Positions 46,857-55,787 of a stretch of DNA of 64,000 nt are shown here, piece after piece. Numbering within the stretch: position 1 is the stretch's first letter; every line of letters starts with the position of its first letter. The notes below the pieces were generated by a model that did no database searches, was not told the DNA's origin, and saw only the letters and a program-made list of their open reading frames with translations. The position numbers were made by a program, and so were the translations under genes. The stretch lies in IMG/VR virus record IMGVR_UViG_3300013132_005385, positions 32,001 through 96,000 of that record. One strand, 5' to 3'. The stretch is from a virus.

Positions 46857-47428
46857 TAATTAAAAATCATTATTTCAACCTGAACGGCCGCTATGTTTGG
46901 ATTACTTAATAAAAATCCACCGAAAGATATACTTGGAGATGCTGGTGTTGGTTGTATAGAAGGTGAAAAAGGAGGAACGGGATTGTTTCCTGAATAATTA
47001 GTCATGTCCCATCCATTATATAATGCTCTTCCAGATAAAACCATGAGAGTTTCTATCGGTCCCACCCATCCATTATATTCAAAAGTAATGTATCTATCGG
47101 CACCGACCAAGGAACTTGGATATTTAACCTTAAATATTATCATTTGAACTTGCCCGGTACTTCCCACTATCTCCGGTGCTGTAATGATTTGATTTCCATT
47201 AGCAGCAAGAACTATGGATTTTTTTATGAAACCCCCGCATCCATCAAATCCTGGGAAAGCATCAGCTTTATTTAGACTAAGATCGCAAAGACTTACCGAT
47301 GATAAAACACTTGAACCTTCACTAAGAGTTAATTCGCACCCTTGAAAAGATACCACCCTTTGTTTGGTTGGTGAGCAGTTTAGATATTTAATATATCTTT
47401 GATCTGTTGAGTTAATACTTCCTATCAT
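46856..47428 (-). CDS. putative virion structural protein
   Basis: Paralog of 46266..46856; AATATATA at 47455-47462. Confidence 0.55.
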   Translation of the reverse strand: MIGSINSTDQRYIKYLNCSPTKQRVVSFQGCELTLSEGSSVLSSVSLCDLSLNKADAFPGFDGCGGFIKKSIVLAANGNQIITAPEIVGSTGQVQMIIFKVKYPSSLVGADRYITFEYNGWVGPIETLMVLSGRALYNGWDMTNYSGNNPVPPFSPSIQPTPASPSISFGGFLLSNPNIAAVQVEIMIFN

Positions 47429-47480
47429 TCTGAATATAACTTGGCCTTGTCTTGTATATATTCATATTCTGTAGAAGTTA

Positions 47481-48644
47481 CTATCTAAGTTTGGTTGGAT
47501 CAACAGCTTGTTTAGGGGCAATAATTTTATCCTGCTTGTATCCAAGAAATTTTCCATTTCTTGTTGATGTTACCACGGTTAAATCCTCTTTAATCTCTGG
47601 ACTTGATATCACATGAGATTTGTCCATTTCATCTGGATCTAAAATTATATTTTCCATATTGGAATTTTCAATTAAATCCCCTTGGATATGATATTCTGTG
47701 CTTTCGCTTTGATCTAAGAATTCATTTGAATCTGATATCTCATGGTTAATTGCTTTTTCTTTATTATCTGCAGATGAAATTTCTAAATCTGATACATTTT
47801 TCTCTGATTTATCCTCCTCGTTAACTTCTTCCTTATTTTTGGATGGTTCTGAATTCTTCGAAAACGCAAAATTGGCTGCAATTACTAAGGCAATTGCTAG
47901 TGGATCAAACACTAACATTAAAGCAATTATATACCAATTAACAACGGTTGATAGGGATTTTCCTGTTATCCCTGCTATATACTTTATTGGCCCAATTTCT
48001 TGAGCTATATCTTTATTAGAGTTTATCTTCATAATCTCTACATCCTTAGAAGCTATCTGTCTATTCTTTGATGATAGAGAATCATTAAGTACCTTAAGCT
48101 CAGAATCCAAAGTCTTTATATTAGACTCTACACCAGCAATTTGTGATGTGATTGATCTTGTGGACTTGTTGGCGTTAATTAAATTGTCTTGTGTTCCTTG
48201 CTGTTTGGTCCTTATTTCAGATAGAGATCCTATTCTTTTATTTTTATCATTTATCTGCCTTGTTATGTTTTCTATTTCACTTTGCAATATCTTCTTGTCC
48301 CCCTCTATTAGTTCTATTTCTTGTTTACTGTTCTCTAATTTAAAAGCGGTCTCCTGATATGCAGAGGATAAAAATCCATAGATCCCTGCCGATGTGATCC
48401 CTATAAGTATTAAAACAGAGATCATAAAATATATTCTCAGCAGCTTATTAATAGATCCCCAGTACTGATGTAGAAGAGATGCTATGACTATTTTGGCAAA
48501 CTCCAAGCTTCCAGCCATTATCATAACCTGAAGAGATGCGCCTGCAAACATTTTCCCTATCCCGTAAACGGAATAGAATGCCGCAGAACCAGAAACTAGA
48601 AAAGCAGACAAAGCTATTAAATATGGAAAGATTTTTTGCTTCAT
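47481..48644 (-). CDS. membrane-anchored coiled-coil protein
   Basis: Three N-terminal hydrophobic segments, long heptad region, EIGPIKYI, VFDPLAIALVIAAN segment. Start moved to MKQK at 48644, downstream of GATATATA at 48665-48672. Confidence 0.6.
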   Translation of the reverse strand: MKQKIFPYLIALSAFLVSGSAAFYSVYGIGKMFAGASLQVMIMAGSLEFAKIVIASLLHQYWGSINKLLRIYFMISVLILIGITSAGIYGFLSSAYQETAFKLENSKQEIELIEGDKKILQSEIENITRQINDKNKRIGSLSEIRTKQQGTQDNLINANKSTRSITSQIAGVESNIKTLDSELKVLNDSLSSKNRQIASKDVEIMKINSNKDIAQEIGPIKYIAGITGKSLSTVVNWYIIALMLVFDPLAIALVIAANFAFSKNSEPSKNKEEVNEEDKSEKNVSDLEISSADNKEKAINHEISDSNEFLDQSESTEYHIQGDLIENSNMENIILDPDEMDKSHVISSPEIKEDLTVVTSTRNGKFLGYKQDKIIAPKQAVDPTKLR

Positions 48645-48678
48645 AATTATCCAAATTCTTTTTGTATATATCGGAAAA

Positions 48679-48703
48679 TAAAAAGGCCCCATGAAAGGGC
48701 CTT
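48679..48703 (-). terminator. rho-independent terminator
   Basis: aaggccc-catgaaa-gggcctt stem with T tail on the minus strand. Confidence 0.6.
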
Positions 48704-48728
48704 AATTTTAGATCTAAATTTTTATGAT

Positions 48729-49202
48729 TTAAGCAGTTTCAAGACCCTGCTGTGCAGCTGCTAATTCAGCTTCTAAATCCTTAATTTCCTTGTTATCCGG
48801 AGCCAATGAGTATAAAGCTTCTTCCATATTTTTTAAAATTGCAATGTGAGAAATAGCTTGCACCGATCCTTTTCCTTTATGAGAGTTCAGAAAGAAATGC
48901 GATGCTTCTATTTCTAGGTTTCTCAAATAGATCACATTGTCTTTTATCCCATTTTTTTCAATCTCCGATATTCTTTTGTTTATCTCAACTACGCCTAATG
49001 ACTGTTTACCAATCCATTCAACATCATTTTCAAAGAATGTTTTATACGATTCAAAATCGGTTTTTCCCATTTTTACCGCATACAACTTGGTAGAAATCTC
49101 CTTTCTCTTCTTCTCGAGTTTATTTGTGAGGTCTTTGACCTTTTTTTCGTCGATTTTTGGTGCTGAATTTTCCATAGTGACTACTTTAACTTCTTTTTCC
49201 AT
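48729..49202 (-). CDS. hypothetical coiled-coil protein
   Basis: Likely start MEKE after an A-rich leader; the track start at 49280 overlaps the upstream gene. Confidence 0.55.
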   Translation of the reverse strand: MEKEVKVVTMENSAPKIDEKKVKDLTNKLEKKRKEISTKLYAVKMGKTDFESYKTFFENDVEWIGKQSLGVVEINKRISEIEKNGIKDNVIYLRNLEIEASHFFLNSHKGKGSVQAISHIAILKNMEEALYSLAPDNKEIKDLEAELAAAQQGLETA

Positions 49203-49236
49203 TTTAATATGTTTTAACCTTTTTAGATAATATTGA

Positions 49237-49989
49237 TTAGATAGTTTCCAGATCCATATAGTTGTTTCTAAATTTTTCAAGTAAATCTAGAAATATTCTA
49301 AGGTAATCTTTTAGCTCGTGGTCGTGAACTATAAAAGTTTGTATTTGGTTTGAATTCTCATTGGATACTCTAATCCTACCCATAACAGGAATCTCTCCAT
49401 ATTTCTCTGCACACATAAACATATATGCAGCTATTTGTAATTTATACCCTAGAATATCCTCTTCATTCTTTTCGCTCGTTGATGATTTGAAATCGTCTAC
49501 CACTAATTTTTTATCATGATTTCTGAAAACAAAATCCGAAGCTCCTGCCCAGCCTCCTTTGAATTTTGTCCAAAGAAAAACTTCATTTTCAACCACCTCG
49601 GATATGGATTCCCAGAAATTGTCATGATAAAAATTCCAGAACAGGTTTCTAGCTTTATTTACTATTTTCATTCTCGCTACATCAGAGTTATTTGCCTCCT
49701 CTAATGCGTATTCTTGAGCTGTTTTAAGAGCTTTTTCAACATCCCTTGATTTATCCCATTCGAGGAGAAATAATTCAAGCATACGGTGCATAATTGTGCC
49801 TCTGTCAGCTGCATTGGATAAGATCTTTTCCCACCTATCATTTCCAAACTCCTCCCTTAATTTTTCATATTTTTTATTCTCGAGAAGCTTAAGCACAGTA
49901 GTAACTGAGGGGAATATCATTTCATTATCACCTTCCTTTACTACATATGCTCTACCCCACGGATAGGCCCTTCTTTCTATTGTCTGCAT
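49237..49989 (-). CDS. PD-(D/E)XK exonuclease (Cas4/lambda-exo-like phage nuclease)
   Basis: PSVTTVL, AADRGT.MH, E, AG.SD, DFKSS, LQIAAY. Confidence 0.82.
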   Translation of the reverse strand: MQTIERRAYPWGRAYVVKEGDNEMIFPSVTTVLKLLENKKYEKLREEFGNDRWEKILSNAADRGTIMHRMLELFLLEWDKSRDVEKALKTAQEYALEEANNSDVARMKIVNKARNLFWNFYHDNFWESISEVVENEVFLWTKFKGGWAGASDFVFRNHDKKLVVDDFKSSTSEKNEEDILGYKLQIAAYMFMCAEKYGEIPVMGRIRVSNENSNQIQTFIVHDHELKDYLRIFLDLLEKFRNNYMDLETI

Positions 49990-50492
49990 TACGCTTTAAT
50001 AAAATCTATAAGAGATAGGAGTCCTGAAGAAGTTTTCGATATAAGAAAGGTGAAAATTGAAAATTTCATTTGGAGCCACCACAATAATACTATACCAAAT
50101 ATTCTAGTAAAGATCCAGGTCAAAGAAAATCTTTGAAAAACCGGATAATAAATTACTAGGTATGAATCTGTTCCCTCGAGTGGTTTAAATTCTGGCATTA
50201 TGATCTCATGTAAATTAAGACTTGTCAGATACTCGTTAATGGGGCGAATTTCCTCTAGAACATAAGCAGGCCGGATCTCTTCGGGAGCATCAGGTGATAA
50301 AGTTACCTCTGGTGGAAGATTCACAACTGTGTATATTCTTCCTATCCAGTCGGATCTGAGATTAAATTTTTGCCAAGTAATGGTATTTCTTTCTTTCTTA
50401 ATAGTTTTTTTAAGAAATAGGTAATTGTTTATATCATTAATTACCTGAAAAAATGGAAGTCTCATATGATAATAATTTAGTCGACGAAACAT
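49989..50492 (-). CDS. hypothetical membrane protein
   Basis: LRSDWIGRIYTVVNLPPE; C-terminal hydrophobic segment. Confidence 0.55.
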   Translation of the reverse strand: MFRRLNYYHMRLPFFQVINDINNYLFLKKTIKKERNTITWQKFNLRSDWIGRIYTVVNLPPEVTLSPDAPEEIRPAYVLEEIRPINEYLTSLNLHEIIMPEFKPLEGTDSYLVIYYPVFQRFSLTWIFTRIFGIVLLWWLQMKFSIFTFLISKTSSGLLSLIDFIKA

Positions 50493-51085
50493 AATTTAGC
50501 ATCGGGAAACATTTCCCTTACTTTTAGACGTGCCCTTCTAATTCTTGTTGCAACTGCTCTTTTCTTCATGCCGTGTTTTTCCGCAATGTCCTGATATTTC
50601 ATTTTATGAATTTCTCTATCTATAAGTATTTCTTTATAGATCTCGGGAAGATCTTTCATTTTGTGAACCACATTGTCATATAAGCAGTCTAGTTCTCCAA
50701 ATCTGTCACTAAGGTTCCAATCCGGTTCTGAATATGATTCTAGCTCAGAATGAACTGTTTCCTCGCCGGACTCATTTACTCTGATAGATTCAGTAATTAG
50801 AGGCATATATCTATTTTTAGTCTTCTTTATTAGCAATGATTCATTTCTTGCTATATTATATGCCCACGTTGAAAAATTTCCCCTTAAGGGATCGTACTGT
50901 GACATCTTTGTCCATATCTTAGCCATTGTGTTCGAGAAGGCATCTTCCGAAGTTTCTTCGTCTATTAAAATAGCCCTGCAATGGTTAAGTAGTCCGGGCT
51001 TTAGTCTTTTATATAAATCTATAAAGTGTTTTTCATCTGAAGTGTTTAAAAAGTTTTCTGCTAGTTCCTGTATGTTTTTTGGCAT
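50477..51085 (-). CDS. ECF-type (sigma-70 group 4) RNA polymerase sigma factor
   Basis: Region 2 EDAFSNTMAKIW...YDP.RGNFSTWAYNIARNE; region 4 LPEIYKEIL......MKYQDIAEKHG....AVATRIRRAR. Confidence 0.85.
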   Translation of the reverse strand: MPKNIQELAENFLNTSDEKHFIDLYKRLKPGLLNHCRAILIDEETSEDAFSNTMAKIWTKMSQYDPLRGNFSTWAYNIARNESLLIKKTKNRYMPLITESIRVNESGEETVHSELESYSEPDWNLSDRFGELDCLYDNVVHKMKDLPEIYKEILIDREIHKMKYQDIAEKHGMKKRAVATRIRRARLKVREMFPDAKLCFVD

Positions 51086-51095
51086 TTTCCCCTGA

Positions 51096-51551
51096 TTATT
51101 TTAAATTTATTCGTATTATTTCTATTCCTGCTTTTTGGAAGAGATTAAAAGAATCTGTGTTTCTATACATTTCAGAAAAAACTATTCTTTTGATCCCCGC
51201 CTGAATTATTAGCTTAGCGCAGCTAAAGCATGGCGAGAGTGTCACATATAAAGTGGATCCTTGCGAGCTTACTGTGCTTTTGGCTAACTTTGTAATGGCG
51301 TTTGCTTCTGCGTGAAGAACAATATCCAGGGTTTCTCCCTTTTCATTTTCACAGCAATTTGGAAATCCGGATGGAGTACCATTATATCCATCTGATATTA
51401 TCACACGATCCTTCACTATAAGACAACCGACCTGGCTTCTCTTACAATGAGAATTTTCAGCCCATATATGAGCCATTCTCAAGTATACCGAATCTATCTT
51501 ATATTGTTTTGGATCTGGATTCTGATTAGGACTGTGGATCTGTAGAGTCAT
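51096..51551 (-). CDS. dCMP deaminase
   Basis: SHCKRSQVGC, DGYNGTPSG, HAEANAI, TLSPCFSCAK. Confidence 0.9.
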   Translation of the reverse strand: MTLQIHSPNQNPDPKQYKIDSVYLRMAHIWAENSHCKRSQVGCLIVKDRVIISDGYNGTPSGFPNCCENEKGETLDIVLHAEANAITKLAKSTVSSQGSTLYVTLSPCFSCAKLIIQAGIKRIVFSEMYRNTDSFNLFQKAGIEIIRINLK

Positions 51552-51774
51552 CTCTCACCTCTATTACCTCGGTTCTGAATCTTTCCACTAGTTGATATAC
51601 TTCTCCTAGTCTAAAAGTTCCTAGAAGAACTATAACGGAATTAATCTCATCTTCTGATAATTCCGATTTCTCTTGATCGTTTAAAACGTCAAGTGCTTTT
51701 TTGTAGCCTCCGTATGAATTTAAAAATTCCAAAACGTCAGCTTTTAATTCCTGTGTGATCTTAAAATTTGCCAT
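51526..51774 (-). CDS. hypothetical protein
   Basis: First gene of the operon, behind TATATTTGCA. Confidence 0.6.
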   Translation of the reverse strand: MANFKITQELKADVLEFLNSYGGYKKALDVLNDQEKSELSEDEINSVIVLLGTFRLGEVYQLVERFRTEVIEVRDDSTDPQS

Positions 51775-51790
51775 AGTTTATTTTTTTCTG

Positions 51791-51798
51791 CAAATATA
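51791..51798 (-). promoter_or_regulatory. Bacteroidota-type -7 element TATATTTG(CA)
   Basis: Matches the TAnnTTTG consensus; heads the operon containing the ECF sigma. Confidence 0.55.
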
Positions 51799-51824
51799 AA
51801 AAAAATTTTTGAATGTTTCTGATA

Positions 51825-53621
51825 TTAATCAAATTTATTTCCTGAGCTGGTTACAATAAGGGGTCCATTTAGTGTTTCTCTGATTTCCTGCATCACCATA
51901 AGTATGGAAGCAAGTACTTCCTGATCTGATCCACCTTTTGAACCCTCCGATGATTTTTCGCTCGAGGACCCTGTACTTTTTACTGCGGATTCAGTTTTTG
52001 TTTCACTCATTACACCAGCTTCTCCTGTTGCTTGTGATTCAGGTTTTTCATTTTCCACTTGTGAAGCGGATACTGATTCCTGTGAAGTCTTAGATACTGG
52101 AGCGGGTATCTCCTTGGACATCTTTAATGGGGAACTTTCTATTTTAGCCTGTAATGCAGATGGTGACTTAGCTGTTTGTTCCGTCTGTTTTATTGATTCT
52201 ATAGAAACAGGAGATGTTGTTTGGGCAATTTCCTTGGATACCTCCTGTATTTTTTTACCCTCCGTTTTCTTCTCAGTCTTCTCCCCTGATTCTGACTCTT
52301 TTGTGGATTTCTTTTTAAGCCCACTAAGTAATCCTCCAAGACCTAAGCTATCTAAAAATCCCTGCATTGGGGATTCGGCAGCAGACTCACCCTTTTCTTC
52401 TGTTGAAACAGGCTCTACTGCTCCTGATGCAGGCTCCGTTTTTTCTGTTGATTCAGATCCCTCTATTTTTTGTATAGAAGCAGGTTGAGAAGCAGTCGTA
52501 GAGGGAGTGGACGGTGGTGCTGAAACAGCAGGGGTTTCCAATGATTTAGCCTCGCCTACGCTTTCCATTGAAGGCTTAGAAACTTCCGTTTTAATTCCGG
52601 CTTCAGTTTTTATTTCCCCCGCTTCTGGGGATTTTAAAGCGGACGAAACAGCTTCCACTGGTGCGGGTTCTTTTTTCTCTCCGATTGAGATAGTTTCCTC
52701 CTTGGGTATAGCTATCGGTTCTTTAGATCCCTCTGTTTTTTTAGCTTCTTCCCCTACCGATTCTATACTTTTTGTTTCGCTCTTGAGAGTTTCTAATGTT
52801 TTTGTTTCGCTCTTGAGAGTTTCTAATGTTTTAGTTTCGGTTTTTTCTGTAGTTGTGCTAGATGTTTCCTTCTCCTTTGTCGTCTCGGTCTTAATCTCAT
52901 TTTTTACGCCTTCTAGCGATTTAGGATTAAATGATTTTAGGGCTTCGTCGAATTTTTTTTCCGCATCATTAAAATCGGGGTTTTTTATCCCAAGTTCTTT
53001 TAGAAGTAAAGCTACTCCATTTAATAATATATTATGCTTAGATAGGGTATCATTGAGCATTTTCATGTTCATTTCCGGACCCGGATTTTTAACAAGATCT
53101 TCAGTTTGTAGAAAAAGATCCATTAGACTCCTTAAAGTACCAGCACCAGATTCTTCCACTCTACTTGACACGTCTTCGAATGAATCTGCTCCTTCCAAAT
53201 CCTTTATTCTGATGTGCCCTGAAATAATTTCGGATATTGGTCTGGTTAATATATCATTAGCATACCTAGACCTTGTTGCTGCGACCTTCTCAGCTTTTTC
53301 TTTGATTGCTACCTCCTCTATGGATTCGCCTTCTTCTAATTTCTTCTTGAATGATGTTATCTCTTTCCCTATGACAGGGGAAAAGAAATCATAAGCTTCC
53401 TTCTTGGATGCTTTTTCAGGATCTATTTTTTGTTCAGCTGCTGAAACCTCTTCAATGAATGCCTTTCTTACCTCTCCTGATACCTCCCCTACAGCTTTAA
53501 TGTTCTTAGCTGAATCACCCAATTCAGTAGTTCCTCTTGATGCAATAAACCGATCAAGGGTTTTTTTATCCTCCGTAATATCTTTTCCAGAAAAAACCCG
53601 TCCTTTATTTTCTTCAGCCAA
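51825..53621 (-). CDS. low-complexity tail-associated protein (baseplate hub/tape-measure position)
   Basis: E/K/S/T-rich; follows the tail chaperones; TTG start; 30-bp tandem duplication (TLETLKSETK). Confidence 0.4.
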   Translation of the reverse strand: MAEENKGRVFSGKDITEDKKTLDRFIASRGTTELGDSAKNIKAVGEVSGEVRKAFIEEVSAAEQKIDPEKASKKEAYDFFSPVIGKEITSFKKKLEEGESIEEVAIKEKAEKVAATRSRYANDILTRPISEIISGHIRIKDLEGADSFEDVSSRVEESGAGTLRSLMDLFLQTEDLVKNPGPEMNMKMLNDTLSKHNILLNGVALLLKELGIKNPDFNDAEKKFDEALKSFNPKSLEGVKNEIKTETTKEKETSSTTTEKTETKTLETLKSETKTLETLKSETKSIESVGEEAKKTEGSKEPIAIPKEETISIGEKKEPAPVEAVSSALKSPEAGEIKTEAGIKTEVSKPSMESVGEAKSLETPAVSAPPSTPSTTASQPASIQKIEGSESTEKTEPASGAVEPVSTEEKGESAAESPMQGFLDSLGLGGLLSGLKKKSTKESESGEKTEKKTEGKKIQEVSKEIAQTTSPVSIESIKQTEQTAKSPSALQAKIESSPLKMSKEIPAPVSKTSQESVSASQVENEKPESQATGEAGVMSETKTESAVKSTGSSSEKSSEGSKGGSDQEVLASILMVMQEIRETLNGPLIVTSSGNKFD

Positions 53622-53658
53622 TTTAGTGAGATTTTTGATTTATATACCCCAAAATTAC

Positions 53659-53847
53659 CTACTTGTTGGAAAAGGAGAATATTTCTGTTAGATCCCCATT
53701 GTTGCGGGATTTATTTATGGATTCTATCTTGGCGTTTAGTCTCTCTATGATATCATAGAATTCGAAATAGGGCATTCTTTCAAAAATATCCGGAGACATT
53801 TTAAATTCCTCCCAAAGCCTAAATCTCAGCTCATAATAGTTGTCCAA
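53659..53847 (-). CDS. short tail-assembly chaperone extension (possible frameshift product)
   Basis: LDNYY..RF.L......S....E.MPYFEF..I...L pattern; no in-frame ATG near its start; overlaps the upstream gene in the +1 frame. Confidence 0.55.
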   Translation of the reverse strand: MDNYYELRFRLWEEFKMSPDIFERMPYFEFYDIIERLNAKIESINKSRNNGDLTEIFSFSNK

Positions 53848-54868
53848 GGATATCTGAAATAACGAAAAAGGATCGAAAGCCTCCGCGAAAGGTTAAGGGA
53901 GCGGTGACCTCTCCACCGCATTTTTCACAATTGAATTTTACTTCAGCTTTTGTGGAAAATTTAATTGTTTTGGATATTTGATCCGCTATAGAAAATTGTG
54001 TTACGTCCCATTCTTTGGATGCTCTCTCGTAATTATCATACATTGATTCATCAAGATCCCTCCAATTGGGTATAATGTATGGGGCAACGTCGACGAAGCT
54101 CTCGTCGTACTTTTTATTTTTTGATCTTTTAAAATCTATTATTTTTCTAATTATTGTGGTAACTCCCACGCTAGGGATGAAAAGTTCAAGTCCAGCTCCA
54201 CCATTTTTAGGAATGAGGTCAAAACACATTTTTTCGTTGCTGAATTTGGATTTAATCTCAGGTGAAAGCTTAAAACTATCAAGTATGCTGGATCTAAGCT
54301 CTATTGAGTCTGGTATATCGCATGTCTCACCTGTACAATTCTTTTTGGCTGATAAAAATATTCTATTTTCGCCTTTTGGAAAAGTGTAATCCCTGATCGC
54401 CATAATCAGATAAAATCTATCTTCATAATGTATATCATAGTGACTTAAAGGTCCTCCGCTCCATCTGATTTTGCAGCATTTGCTAATTATGTGATTTAAT
54501 TTATCATCCATATCTAAACGATCGTTCTCATCTATTATGGAGTAATATTTTATCTCTGAAACATCAGCCGGGCGAATTGCTATTTCCATTCCATCTGGAT
54601 ACCCAAATCCATCTGATGGAAGATTGGAGAGTGGTATATTTTTCCAATATTCTCCTATTCCCAGAGGCATCTCTGCTACAAACGATGCCTTGCCCAGGCT
54701 TTTTGGCTTTTCCGGTTCCTGAGCTAGTACAGGTTCTTTTTTCTCTTGTGATATTTCTTGAATCCAGGATGGAATTTTAGCATCCTTAACATCCTCATCA
54801 TACTCCAGAGGAGACGATGCTTCTTTTCTTCTGAGTTCATTCATCAATTCTTCGTCTATATTATTCAT
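53831..54868 (-). CDS. baseplate hub / tail assembly chaperone (T4 gp26-like)
   Basis: LPS.G..Y, IRP....E, DRFYL...IR..T, C....C, P..G, CEKCG zinc pair, terminal F..FF. Confidence 0.65.
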   Translation of the reverse strand: MNNIDEELMNELRRKEASSPLEYDEDVKDAKIPSWIQEISQEKKEPVLAQEPEKPKSLGKASFVAEMPLGIGEYWKNIPLSNLPSDGFGYPDGMEIAIRPADVSEIKYYSIIDENDRLDMDDKLNHIISKCCKIRWSGGPLSHYDIHYEDRFYLIMAIRDYTFPKGENRIFLSAKKNCTGETCDIPDSIELRSSILDSFKLSPEIKSKFSNEKMCFDLIPKNGGAGLELFIPSVGVTTIIRKIIDFKRSKNKKYDESFVDVAPYIIPNWRDLDESMYDNYERASKEWDVTQFSIADQISKTIKFSTKAEVKFNCEKCGGEVTAPLTFRGGFRSFFVISDILGQLL

Positions 54869-54881
54869 TGATCTTTTTAGA

Positions 54882-54908
54882 TTATACTACCAATATTAAT
54901 TTTGTTCC
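54882..54908 (-). promoter_or_regulatory. putative ECF-sigma promoter GGAAC-N16-GTATAA
   Basis: Best match to the motif; 13 nt upstream of ATG 54868. Confidence 0.55.
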
Positions 54909-55102
54909 GATTTTTTATCATTGGATAATACCCGATACACTCCAAAGCAGAGCGCCGAAAGGAAATAAAAAATTACAACAGTATGCCAATACGACTTCGT
55001 CCAATTCATTATATTTGCGAAAAGGATATCGAATCCAAAGGGACAGAAAAAAGTCCCGAGAACCAAGAAGAGACTTGCTATTTTTCGTTTCGTATTTTTC
55101 AC
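54896..55102 (-). CDS. small two-TM membrane protein
   Basis: Basic N-terminus plus two hydrophobic helices; GTG start. Confidence 0.5.
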   Translation of the reverse strand: MKNTKRKIASLFLVLGTFFCPFGFDILFANIMNWTKSYWHTVVIFYFLSALCFGVYRVLSNDKKSEQN

Positions 55103-55131
55103 TATTAGGGTCGTCCATGTATGTATAAATT

Positions 55132-55167
55132 AAAATCCCCTGTGATTCACTAGGAAAAACAGGGGAT
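55132..55167 (-). terminator. putative terminator after the tail tube genes
   Basis: atcccctgt...acaggggat stem followed by TTTAATTT on the minus strand. Confidence 0.55.
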
Positions 55168-55197
55168 AATCCTTTGTAGAGAATCTTTTTATATATC

Positions 55198-55776
55198 TTA
55201 GTTGAAAACGTCCTCGAAAAAGTCCGCTCTGAAAGACATTCTTATTTTATATGCTTGGTTACCATTGGTGTAATCTAAATCCAGAGGTTTGATTGGTTCC
55301 ACAGGGAAGCAGTTCAATAGTTTTATTCTTCTGTAGACATCTCCCTGTTTATTAAACATTGATATTAACATATATGTCTGATTTGCATACACTGATTTAA
55401 TACCCATTGCACCTGTTAGAGGATTATAAACAAGGTCGGACCATTGCCTAAGAGTATTAAACACATAGTTTGAGTTATTATCATCCAGGTTTGTCTCAAA
55501 TTCTACTGCAACCTTAATTCCAGTGTCATCAAGAGCAGCTGCTGCATATCTTCTTCTAGAGAATTTATACCTCTGCTCCATAATCCCTGGATTTTTATCA
55601 ACGGCCAATCCGCTAACAGATAATATATTTTCAACCAATAGCGTTTTTCCTATATTTCCTAAAGGATTAGATACTGCTGGTGGCGGTTGAATTATAACCT
55701 CAAACTGGTTTAAGAATACCGGTTCGTATAGATTAACCGCTGCTTTGGAATTTGTAAAATGTGGTAGTCCTGCCAT
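55198..55776 (-). CDS. gp19: tail tube protein, copy B (gp19-like)
   Basis: EPVFLNQFEV, RQWSDLVYNPLTG, FNKQGDVYRRI...CFP, LDY, F.AD.F. Confidence 0.75.
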   Translation of the reverse strand: MAGLPHFTNSKAAVNLYEPVFLNQFEVIIQPPPAVSNPLGNIGKTLLVENILSVSGLAVDKNPGIMEQRYKFSRRRYAAAALDDTGIKVAVEFETNLDDNNSNYVFNTLRQWSDLVYNPLTGAMGIKSVYANQTYMLISMFNKQGDVYRRIKLLNCFPVEPIKPLDLDYTNGNQAYKIRMSFRADFFEDVFN

Positions 55777-55787
55777 TTTTTAATTTT

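Noticed and set aside
49237-49989. CRISPR-associated Cas4
   Set aside because: No Fe-S cysteine cluster, no cas1/cas2 and no array; a typical stand-alone phage exonuclease
52114-53691. Long plus-strand ORFs (295, 124 and 95 aa)
   Set aside because: Antisense shadows of the low-complexity E/K/S/T-rich gene; the same applies to most short opposite-strand ORFs in the track
54918-55118. Alternative 66-aa ORF overlapping the small membrane protein
   Set aside because: The 54896..55102 frame gives a coherent two-TM protein, so it was preferred; this could not be settled definitively
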